DNA of 64,000 bases from an uncultured Clostridia bacterium (lineage in GTDB: Bacteria > Bacillota > Clostridia > Christensenellales > UBA1242). The stretch spans positions 94,095-158,094 of the forward strand of contig CALWFB010000001.1 of the NCBI GenBank assembly GCA_944377485.1, given 5' to 3'. Numbering within the stretch: position 1 is the first letter of the stretch; each line of letters begins with the position of its first letter. The position numbers were made by a program, and so were the translations under genes. Shown here piece after piece: positions 19,417-27,742 of this stretch. The notes under the pieces were generated by a model, which was not told the origin of the DNA, did not search any database, and worked only from the letters and a program-made list of their open reading frames with translations.

Positions 19417-20859
19417 ATGAAAATTGATGCAGTGAAAACGAGTGAACAAATAAAAAAGAAACTGCACGATAGTGGAGATTTAAAGTCTCGAAACGTGCAG
19501 TTTTTTGACACACAAATTTGCATATTATACTTTGCTCCCATTACAGATAATGAGCTTTTGAATAATACATTGTTATATCCGCTCATCAATTTTTCCGATG
19601 AAATTAAGGGTAAAGACGTTGTTGAAGTTTTGCGAGACAAAGTTTTGGCGAATCAAGAAGTGACATTATTTTCTGATTTGCAGTCTGCAATAGACAAATT
19701 ACTAGCAGGTAATACTCTCATTTTAGTGGACAAGGCAGATAAAATTATCGGCTGTGATATGGAAAAAATCACAGTACGTGCTGTGGCAGAACCTCCTACT
19801 AGTGTGGTGATAAAAGGTCCACGAGAGGGATTTACTGAAAGTTTAAAATTTAATTTAGCATTAATTCGTAAACGTGTAAAATCTGATGATTTTGTTGTGA
19901 AGATGTTAGAGATAGGAGAGATGACAAAGACGCAGGTTGCGGTAGTCTATTTTGATTCTATTGCGGATAAAAAAGTTTTAAATGAAATACTAAAACGTTT
20001 ACAATCAATTAAAATAGATGGGGTGCTGGATAGCCATTTTCTTGTGGCTTACCTTCAACGAAATAAAAAATCATTATTTAAGCAGGTTGGAGATACCGAA
20101 AAACCCGACATATTAGTTGGCAAAATGTTGGAAGGTAGAGTGGGAATAATTGTAGATGGTAGCCCTATTGTTTTGACCCTGCCATTTATTTTGTTGGAAG
20201 ATTTGCAAAATAGTGATGATTATTATTCGCAACCAATTCGAGTGACTTTTGTGCGAACTTTGCGTTTGGTAGGTGTAATATTGGCAGTTTTACTTCCTGG
20301 CGTATATATTGCGTTGGAATTATATCATTACAAAATTTTACCAACCGAATTTTTGATAACAATTATGAATAGCACGCAAGGAATACCTTTTTCTCCTTTC
20401 ATTGAAATCTTGTTTATTATTTTACTGTTTGAGATATTATATGAGGCAAATATTAGAATGCCACAATATTTTGGTATGGCGATGTCAATCGTAGGTGCTT
20501 TGATATTGGGAGAGACGGCGGTAAATGCAGGTTTAGTGAGTCCTCCTGCTGTAATGATAGTGGCGCTTTCAGGCATCACTTTCTACATCATACCAGGTCA
20601 AGCTTCTCAGTTTAGTATTTTGCGTCTAATAGGAGTAATAATAGGAGCCTCACTTGGGATATATGGAATACTTTTGTTCTGTGTGTTTATTCTTTCATAT
20701 CTATGCAACTTTGATAGCTATAAATCTGCGTACCTTGCACCGACCGCTCCATACATTCAAGATGACCAAAAAGATTCGTATATGCGTAAGACCATTGACG
20801 AGATGAAAAAACGACCAAAATCTATTGCTAATAACAAGCAAAATGAAATCAGGAGATAG
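19417..20859 (+). CDS. Spore germination protein, GerA family A subunit
   Basis: 480 aa. Soluble N-terminal part (GPREGFTESLKFNLALIRKRVKS) followed by 4-5 TM helices. First gene of an A-B-C operon. Confidence 0.88.
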   Translation: MKIDAVKTSEQIKKKLHDSGDLKSRNVQFFDTQICILYFAPITDNELLNNTLLYPLINFSDEIKGKDVVEVLRDKVLANQEVTLFSDLQSAIDKLLAGNTLILVDKADKIIGCDMEKITVRAVAEPPTSVVIKGPREGFTESLKFNLALIRKRVKSDDFVVKMLEIGEMTKTQVAVVYFDSIADKKVLNEILKRLQSIKIDGVLDSHFLVAYLQRNKKSLFKQVGDTEKPDILVGKMLEGRVGIIVDGSPIVLTLPFILLEDLQNSDDYYSQPIRVTFVRTLRLVGVILAVLLPGVYIALELYHYKILPTEFLITIMNSTQGIPFSPFIEILFIILLFEILYEANIRMPQYFGMAMSIVGALILGETAVNAGLVSPPAVMIVALSGITFYIIPGQASQFSILRLIGVIIGASLGIYGILLFCVFILSYLCNFDSYKSAYLAPTAPYIQDDQKDSYMRKTIDEMKKRPKSIANNKQNEIRR

Positions 20860-20860
20860 T

Positions 20861-22012
20861 ATGAAAATAAATTATAGACAACTTTCAATAATGGTGTTTA
20901 TGAGTTTCATCGCTCTAAAATTTTTAGCATTGCCTAGTTTGCTTTATGTTGAAAGTAAAAACATGAGTATGTTAGTGGCATTAGCACTTATGCTAATTGA
21001 TGGAATATATGTATTTGTTTTGCTTGATTTGATGAAGAAGAGTGGTGAAAAAAATATATACGAGTTTATGAAGAGTTGTCTTGGTACGGTGATTACAAAG
21101 CTCGTATTAATCTTATTGATACTCAAATATGCACTTGTTGCTGGCAATATATCAAAAGGATTAGAGTTTTTCGTGGTAGAGAACTTGTATACGGAATTTA
21201 ATTGGTTTGTCTTTGTTTTGCCACTTATGATATTGGTGGGTTTCATGGTGTATAAAGGAATTCGAAATATTGCACGAGTAGGCGAAATGGTTTGTTGGGC
21301 AATAGTGATTGGTCTTATCTATATAGCACTAAAAGCATTATCTGGAATTGACATTTTGTCATTTTTACCTTTTTTTAAAGATGGATTTAAACCACTTGTC
21401 GATAGTGCTTGGATACATTTGAGTTGGTTTGGTTCTGCTACATTTATGTTCATGTTGTTTGGATTTGTTGATTTTCGTTCAGAGAAGAAAACTGAAATGA
21501 TTAAATACATTATTTTTGCAATATTGATTGTTCAACTTTTATATTTTGTTTTTTATGGTTTGTTCGAAGTGACATGTCCGACTCATAATTACTGCATTAG
21601 TGATATTAGTCAATTTTCAAGTACCTATTCAGCCATTGATGAATTATCTTGGCTTGTGGTGTCAATGTGGATAGTTGCACAGGCGGTTCAATTAGGACTT
21701 TATGGATATTGTATGGCACAAGCTATCAAATATTTGTTTGATATTAAAGGTAATATACTTTCGATTATTATTGTTGTTGTTTATTTACTTGCTTGGAGTT
21801 TTATAGGTGAAAATACGATTAGAATGGAAGAAATATTTTTCACACCTTTCGCCTCAATTGTGACATTTTTAGCGCAATACATTTTGCCAGTAGTTTTGCA
21901 AATAGCATATACCATAAAAAATAGAAAAAAGAAAGGGGGAGAAAAGGTTAAAGAGGTAGATTATGAAAGAGAAAAAAACAGAGATAAAGAAGAAGTTAAA
22001 GTCAATATTTAG
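20861..22012 (+). CDS. Spore germination protein, GerA family B subunit (APC-type permease-like)
   Basis: About 10 TM helices. ATG at 20861 lies 2 nt after the A-subunit stop, with AGGAGA RBS at 20851-20856. The ORF-track start at 20825 was rejected. Confidence 0.85.
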   Translation: MKINYRQLSIMVFMSFIALKFLALPSLLYVESKNMSMLVALALMLIDGIYVFVLLDLMKKSGEKNIYEFMKSCLGTVITKLVLILLILKYALVAGNISKGLEFFVVENLYTEFNWFVFVLPLMILVGFMVYKGIRNIARVGEMVCWAIVIGLIYIALKALSGIDILSFLPFFKDGFKPLVDSAWIHLSWFGSATFMFMLFGFVDFRSEKKTEMIKYIIFAILIVQLLYFVFYGLFEVTCPTHNYCISDISQFSSTYSAIDELSWLVVSMWIVAQAVQLGLYGYCMAQAIKYLFDIKGNILSIIIVVVYLLAWSFIGENTIRMEEIFFTPFASIVTFLAQYILPVVLQIAYTIKNRKKKGGEKVKEVDYEREKNRDKEEVKVNI

Positions 22013-23231
22013 CCCTAAAAAACTAGTATTATGGTTGTCGATTTTAATCCTAATATTTACAGTGCCAGCGTTTAACAAATCTGCTATGAGCCAGACACAA
22101 GCAATCGTCACAATGCTTTGTGTTGACAAAATTGATGACAAGATTAAGGTGGCGGCAACTGTCCTTACTCCTTCGCAGGACAAGAAGGCAAATTTTCAGG
22201 TATATTCGGGAGAGGGAGAGACATTAGGTTATGCGGTTGATAGTGTTTCTTTGGCAATAGGAAAAGAAATGGGCTTTGCACAATGTAAAATAATGGCTCT
22301 TGGTGAAAATATATGCTCAGAAGGAGTTATGCAGGTACTAGATTATATGACTAGGACAAAAAAAGTTGGCAGAAATGCGGTGCTTGTTTCATTTACTGGT
22401 GGTGTGGTTGATTTTACACAAGCAGTGGCAAATCTAAATTTAGAAAAATCTCTACGATTAGATAGGATTGTCAGTTTTGACAAGCGATATGTTCTGACGC
22501 AAGACAGCAATATTGAGACATTTTATATAGGATATTATAGTCCTATTTCACTTGGACTCATGTCGAAAGTTAAACTTGGTACTAGTGAAGAGTTTAATGC
22601 AATAGAAGTAGCTAGTTCAGATAGTGGAAGTGCAGGCGGAGCGAGTACAGATATGAGTAGTACAGGAGATGGTGGTGAGAACAAAAAATTTATTATGAAT
22701 GATGGCACAGTCAGTTTATTTAAGAATGGAAAACATTATATAGACATGACATTAGACGAAGTGAAAAAAGCAAATATTTTTGTCAACGATGCACAAAAAG
22801 GTACAGTAGTGGTCGAGGGGGTGACAGACCATATATATAACAATGCAAAAGTTGTGGTAAACATTTTGAAGAAAGATATATCAATCAAACCAAGTTTTAA
22901 AGATGGCATTCCTATTTACAAAACAGATGTTGATTTGACTGTTTTTATCGATGAAGTTATTGAAGAAAATCCTAGTGAACGATTGCTTAGACGAAATCAA
23001 GATTTTTTAACAAATGCTCTTATTGCCAAAATCAAAGAAAAGATGGAAGGAGATATGAGGGAGATTATTAAATATTGTCAAGATAATGAGGTTGATTTGT
23101 TAGGAGTGTATAAGCATTTTTATGCACTAGAAAATAAAGATTTTGAAGAATATTTAAATAGAGTAGGTGAAAAAAATTACCTTGATGGAATTGATTATCA
23201 AATCAGCATCAAGGTAAAAAGTGAAAATTAA
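21963..23231 (+). CDS. Spore germination protein, Ger(x)C family C subunit (no lipobox; TM- or signal-anchored)
   Basis: Third gene of the operon, overlapping the B gene by 50 nt, with RBS AGAGGTAG. N-terminal hydrophobic segment LVLWLSILILIFTVPAF, then IVTMLCVDKIDDKIKV, which resembles the GIGVD start of GerxC proteins. The C-terminal domain is typical in size. Confidence 0.75.
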   Translation: MKEKKTEIKKKLKSIFSPKKLVLWLSILILIFTVPAFNKSAMSQTQAIVTMLCVDKIDDKIKVAATVLTPSQDKKANFQVYSGEGETLGYAVDSVSLAIGKEMGFAQCKIMALGENICSEGVMQVLDYMTRTKKVGRNAVLVSFTGGVVDFTQAVANLNLEKSLRLDRIVSFDKRYVLTQDSNIETFYIGYYSPISLGLMSKVKLGTSEEFNAIEVASSDSGSAGGASTDMSSTGDGGENKKFIMNDGTVSLFKNGKHYIDMTLDEVKKANIFVNDAQKGTVVVEGVTDHIYNNAKVVVNILKKDISIKPSFKDGIPIYKTDVDLTVFIDEVIEENPSERLLRRNQDFLTNALIAKIKEKMEGDMREIIKYCQDNEVDLLGVYKHFYALENKDFEEYLNRVGEKNYLDGIDYQISIKVKSEN

Positions 23232-23306
23232 TAAATTTATTAAATGTAATTTTATATTTATAAAGAAATTTTGTTTTGTATATTAAATTTAAAAGGTTTA
23301 TTAAGA

Positions 23307-25679
23307 TTATCTCAATTTAGCATTTATGGTTTTTATCTCCGCATCTAAAACTTTATTCACAATAGGCGCAATTTCATTCTCGCTCAAAGGCTTTTCACCT
23401 TGTCGAATGACAAGTGTCATAGCAACACTCTTTTTGTCCTGACCTATTGAGTCTGAGCAATAAATGTCAAAGATTTTGCATTCAACAATGTTTTGTCTAT
23501 CAGCTTTGATTGCGGTTTCAATGATTTTGCTCGCAGGGATATCTTTATCTACAACGATGGCTAAATCACGCATAATGTAAGGCAATTTTTCTGGTGCATT
23601 TCCCGTGTGTCTATCGTTTAGTCGTGAAATTACATTTGTTAGGTTTATTTCTGCTATGAATACTTTTTGATTGATTTCAAAATTCTTTCTAATAATAGGG
23701 TGAATTTCCCCAATTATACCAATTGGACGATTGTATAAATAAATGTCCGCACAAATTCCCGGGTGCATCTGTTTATGTTGACTTGCTCGATATTCTAGTT
23801 TTATTCCAATACTGGATAGTATTTTATTTAAGTCATTTTTTAGTTTATAGAAATCATAATCGCCAGTTAGACTGAGGCATAAATTATTGTGTTCATCAGG
23901 TAATTCAGTAATCGGAAGTTGTTTAGGAATGAACACACGAGCTAATTCAAACAACTTTAAATCTTTGTTCCCTTGCTTTAAATTGAATGAAATTGTATTT
24001 AACATGTTAGGGATAAGGCTTCTTCGCATGATGCTGTAATCTTGTCCTATTGGATTGGCGATTTTTATATGTTCATTTTCGTCCATTAGAGCAGCAGCAA
24101 TCATCTTAGGTCCGCCAAATTGCCAGGTCAAAGTTTCATTATATCCGAATAAGGCAGTTGTGATTTTTAGTTTATTTATATTTTTTTGTTCAACAGTCAA
24201 TTCTCCAACGGTAGAGAAGTCTGTGGCAGTACTATCGTCAATACTGATTTTATCCAAGCCGTAAATTCTGCCCACTTCTTCACATATATCGCAATCACGT
24301 TCAATATCGGTTCTCTCTTCTGGAATCGTGCTAATAAGAGTGTCGCCACGTGCAATCGTCTGAATTCCTAGTCTATTTAGAATTTCAATCATTATAGATT
24401 TATCTATATTAAGGCCTAATCTATCACAAATATTTTGTACTTTACTTTCTACTGTTCTCAATTTTGGCAATCCAGAATTTTTATCGACTGTCACACTTGA
24501 AATATCGCCGGCATTTAATTTTGATATAATATTTAATGCACGTTTCATACCAATTTCTGTATTACCAATATTTACACCTTTTGAATATCTTATGGAACTA
24601 TCACTGCTTAATCCTAATGCGTGTGAACTGCGTCTAATATTTGCAAAATGAAAATTAGCAGATTCGAGCAATACATTTTTTGTATCAGGATAAGTACCGC
24701 TATCTACACCCCCCATAATTCCTGCAATGACCATAGGTTCAACAGCATTCGCAATCACCAAGTTATTTTCATTTAAAGTGTATTCATTATTGTCGAGTGT
24801 GAGCAATTTTTCTTGATTTTTAGCACGTCTGACGATGATTTTGTCACCTTTAATTTTAGATAAATCAAATGCGTGCATAGGTTCACCCACTTCTAGTAGA
24901 ACATAGTTAGTGATATCTACATAAAGAGAGTGTGGAGTATGGTCAAGTAGAGTCAGTCTCCTTTGCATCCAATCAGGAGATGCTCCATTTTTAACGTTCT
25001 CTACAATAGTGGCTTCATATCTTGGGCAAAGAGCATAGTCTAATACTTCTACATCAATTTTTTTGTTTGAATTTGTTTTATATGATAAATCAAGAGGTTT
25101 TAATGGAAGATTGAATATTGCACTAATTTCTTTTGCAATTCCATAGATTGAATTACAATCAGCACGATTTGGTAGCACATTGATGTCTAAAACGATTTCA
25201 TTAAGTTTCAACACTTCTGCAATAGGAGTGCCAACTTTTAATCCGTCTTCAAGAATTAGTAGTCCGTCCACTTCGGCATTAGGATAAATTGAGTTGTCAA
25301 TACCTAATTCTTCACCTGCACAGAACATACCATTGCTTTCAACTCCACGCAAGTTTCCACTTTTTATTTGAACGCCATTAGGAAGATTTGCACCAACTAG
25401 GGCAAGGGGTACAAAATCACCTGTTTTCATATTCGTTGCATGTGTGACAATTTGAGTAGAACCAAATCCATAGTCCGCTGAACATATCACAAGTTTATCA
25501 GCATTTGGGTGTGGGCGTATGTCGGTAATTTTTGACACCACCACTTTATCCAAGCCTTTTGCTTTGTCAATTACTTCTTCTACTTCAAAACCAGCATCGG
25601 TGAGCCCTTTTGTTAATGTGCGTAATTCTATATCACTAGTGTCCACATAATCATTTATCCATGATAATAAAACTTTCAT
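23307..25679 (-). CDS. pheT: Phenylalanine--tRNA ligase beta subunit
   Basis: 790 aa. N-terminus MKVLLSWINDYV... (typical PheT), tRNA-binding, B3/4, B5 and anticodon-binding-like segments. Downstream of pheS on the same strand. Confidence 0.95.
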   Translation of the reverse strand: MKVLLSWINDYVDTSDIELRTLTKGLTDAGFEVEEVIDKAKGLDKVVVSKITDIRPHPNADKLVICSADYGFGSTQIVTHATNMKTGDFVPLALVGANLPNGVQIKSGNLRGVESNGMFCAGEELGIDNSIYPNAEVDGLLILEDGLKVGTPIAEVLKLNEIVLDINVLPNRADCNSIYGIAKEISAIFNLPLKPLDLSYKTNSNKKIDVEVLDYALCPRYEATIVENVKNGASPDWMQRRLTLLDHTPHSLYVDITNYVLLEVGEPMHAFDLSKIKGDKIIVRRAKNQEKLLTLDNNEYTLNENNLVIANAVEPMVIAGIMGGVDSGTYPDTKNVLLESANFHFANIRRSSHALGLSSDSSIRYSKGVNIGNTEIGMKRALNIISKLNAGDISSVTVDKNSGLPKLRTVESKVQNICDRLGLNIDKSIMIEILNRLGIQTIARGDTLISTIPEERTDIERDCDICEEVGRIYGLDKISIDDSTATDFSTVGELTVEQKNINKLKITTALFGYNETLTWQFGGPKMIAAALMDENEHIKIANPIGQDYSIMRRSLIPNMLNTISFNLKQGNKDLKLFELARVFIPKQLPITELPDEHNNLCLSLTGDYDFYKLKNDLNKILSSIGIKLEYRASQHKQMHPGICADIYLYNRPIGIIGEIHPIIRKNFEINQKVFIAEINLTNVISRLNDRHTGNAPEKLPYIMRDLAIVVDKDIPASKIIETAIKADRQNIVECKIFDIYCSDSIGQDKKSVAMTLVIRQGEKPLSENEIAPIVNKVLDAEIKTINAKLR

Positions 25680-25705
25680 ATTTTTCTCCTTAAAAGTTAT
25701 TTGTT

Positions 25706-25976
25706 AATTATAATTACTTAAATTGCTTAATAAATCTTTATCATTTACTGTCAATCATGAGATTGCTAGGAAACTTCGCCAGATTTATAATCAATTATAA
25801 TTACTTAAATTGCTTAATAAATCTTTATCATTTACTGTCAATCATAGAAATTGCCAGGAAACTTCGCCAGATTTATAATCAATTATAATTACTTAAATTG
25901 CTTAATAAATCTTAATCATTTACTGTCAATCATAGAAATTGCCAGGAAACTTCGTCAGATTTATAATCAATTATAA
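25706..25976. repeat. Tandem array, 3 x 87/88 bp, in the pheS-pheT spacer; each unit reiterates the pheS 3' end
   Basis: Units at 25706-25792, 25793-25880 and 25881-25968 are near-identical (a few mismatches). A fourth partial unit (25969 to ~26000) is the authentic pheS end. Each unit starts with aattataattacttaaattgcttaataaatct, which is 8 nt downstream of the stop plus the reverse complement of the codons R-F-I-K-Q-F-K-stop. Confidence 0.95.
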
Positions 25977-26999
25977 TTACTTAAATTGCTTAATAAATCT
26001 GACATCGTTTTCGAACATGACTTTTGCATTAGGAATTTTGTAGCGCATCTTTGGGAAACGGTCAAAACCAAATCCAAATGCATATCCACTATATTCGTTA
26101 GGGTCAATTCCGTTCATTTCAAGGACATGTGGATGAATCATGCCTGCACCTAGAATTTCATATTGACCAACACCTTTACATGCTGAACAACCTTTACCTT
26201 TACATACATTACATTCTGCATCGACCTCTACACTTGGTTCAGTGAAAGGGAAGTATGAGGCTCTAAATTTTGTCTTGGTACTTTCGCCAAGATATTTTTT
26301 CAAAATTAAACTCAAATCGTGTTTCAAGTCTGCAAGACTGACCTTTTTATCGATATATATACCTTCTAATTGATAGAATGCAGGAGTGTGAGTTGCATCA
26401 ATCTCGTCTTTTCTGAAAACTCTACCAAAGCTGAACACTTTGAAAGGAGGTTTAATTTTTTCCATTGCTCGTGGCTGAGTATTAGAGGTTTGTGTACGAA
26501 GTAAAATATCGTTTGTTATATATAAACTATCTTGCATATCACGAGAAGGGTGGTCTTTTGGAACGTTTACAAGTTCGAAGTTGTATTTATCATAATCAAT
26601 TTCTGGACCATCTATTTGACTAAATCCCATGCCATTCAAAATCTCTGCCATGCGAATAAAATCGATTGATATAGGGTGCAAAGCTCCAATATCTTCTTGA
26701 TTTAGGTCAAGAGTGACGTCAATTTTTTCTTTCATCAACTTTTCTTCAAGTTCGGCATCTTGCAAAAAGGTTTCTTTGCTAGATATCATTTTTTCAACTT
26801 CCTGTTTTGCAGAATTTAAAAGTTGTCCCATAGTTTGTTTTTCTTCTGGGCTAACTTCTTTCATGAAGCGGAAAAGTTGAGTTAATTTTCCATTTTTACC
26901 TAAAATTTCTACACGCAAAGATTGACACTCAGCACTAGTATTTATCTTATTTAAAGTGTCCGTTGTATATTTTATTATTTCTTCAATTTTATCTTTCAT
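25977..26999 (-). CDS. pheS: Phenylalanine--tRNA ligase alpha subunit
   Basis: 340 aa, class-II motifs (FRKDEIDATHTPAFYQLEG; GAGMIHPHVL; GYAFGFGFDRF). AAGGAG RBS. Preceded by a T-box leader. Confidence 0.95.
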   Translation of the reverse strand: MKDKIEEIIKYTTDTLNKINTSAECQSLRVEILGKNGKLTQLFRFMKEVSPEEKQTMGQLLNSAKQEVEKMISSKETFLQDAELEEKLMKEKIDVTLDLNQEDIGALHPISIDFIRMAEILNGMGFSQIDGPEIDYDKYNFELVNVPKDHPSRDMQDSLYITNDILLRTQTSNTQPRAMEKIKPPFKVFSFGRVFRKDEIDATHTPAFYQLEGIYIDKKVSLADLKHDLSLILKKYLGESTKTKFRASYFPFTEPSVEVDAECNVCKGKGCSACKGVGQYEILGAGMIHPHVLEMNGIDPNEYSGYAFGFGFDRFPKMRYKIPNAKVMFENDVRFIKQFK

Positions 27000-27038
27000 A
27001 TTTGCTCCTTTTTAATATGCTATCAATAATGTGGTATC

Positions 27039-27071
27039 AAAATAAAAAACTCGCCCTAATATTAGGACGAG
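27039..27071 (-). terminator. T-box attenuator (intrinsic terminator) upstream of pheS
   Basis: Minus strand reads CTCGTCCTA-atat-TAGGGCGAG followed by TTTTTTATTTT. 9-bp stem with one G-U pair. It directly follows the T-box sequence. Confidence 0.8.
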
Positions 27072-27106
27072 GGAATCTCGTGGTACCACCTAATTGCGCT
27101 CACAAA

Positions 27107-27343
27107 CTTCGTCAATTCTAGTCCGCATTACTTCGTTATGCGAACAACGACTTTTACTCGTTTGTTCGCTAATCCCACTCGCATTTAGATAACACTCGTG
27201 GGAACCCTGAAAAAGCTTCGTCAATTCTAGTCCGCATTACTTCGTTATGCGAACAACGACTTTTACTCGTTTGTTCGCTAATCCCACTGCGTATCTTGTG
27301 ACACTTGTGGGAACCCTTAGTACTGCACAGCTTTCCGCATTAC
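27107..27343. repeat. 109-bp tandem duplication (2 full copies plus a partial third) inside the T-box leader
   Basis: Two 73-bp cores are 100% identical (27107-27179 and 27216-27288). The flanking ~36 bp are related but diverged (cactcgtgggaaccct vs cacttgtgggaaccct). A third partial occurrence of tccgcattac is at 27334-27343. Confidence 0.9.
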
Positions 27344-27587
27344 AATTTGCTAATAGAAGTTTGATTAAGTTTATGAACCTTCATTACATTTTCACAGTTT
27401 TGTCTGGCGACTCTTAATCACATTATTGATTAAAAATGTGTTTACCGAGTGCAACTCAGATGCTGAAATTCGCTCACAGTTTGAACATAAGTGACTTTCT
27501 TCCAATGGACACTCTCTCAGAATGAAAACTGCTCACTACTTACACATCGTCATAGTTTTTATTGATGCAAATTAACTTTGCATTAAT

Positions 27588-27616
27588 ATTTTATCAATAT
27601 AAAATTGCTTTGTCAA
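27588..27616 (-). promoter_or_regulatory. Sigma-A promoter of the pheST T-box leader
   Basis: Minus strand reads TTGACA (27616-27611), 17 nt, TAAAAT (27593-27588), with TGA immediately upstream of the -10 (extended -10). Confidence 0.65.
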
Positions 27617-27742
27617 GAGATTAATTATAAAGCAATACAAATAAATTCCACTTAATTAGTTTTTTTAGTTTTTAATTCGACAATAATCGTTGTCAAAATA
27701 GTTTAATGATATGTTAGGGTATTATTTAAAGGATAGGGGTAT

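Larger units (their letters stand above)
27039..27581 (-). promoter_or_regulatory. T-box riboswitch leader of pheST (Phe-specific), unusually long (~540 nt)
   Basis: The minus strand contains the conserved T-box AATTAGGTGGTACCACG (27095-27079). The UGGU bulge fits discriminator A73 of tRNA-Phe. A terminator follows. The Stem I region has AGAGAG (AG-bulge-like) and a specifier-loop-like GAAUUUCAG, giving UUC followed by A (Phe). The putative transcription start follows the promoter at 27588-27616. Confidence 0.8.

Noticed and set aside
25706-25976. Regularly spaced repeats that could be mistaken for a CRISPR array
   Set aside because: The units are contiguous 87/88-bp head-to-tail copies with no unique spacers. 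They contain the pheS 3' end, and there are no cas genes. This is a tandem duplication, not CRISPR.
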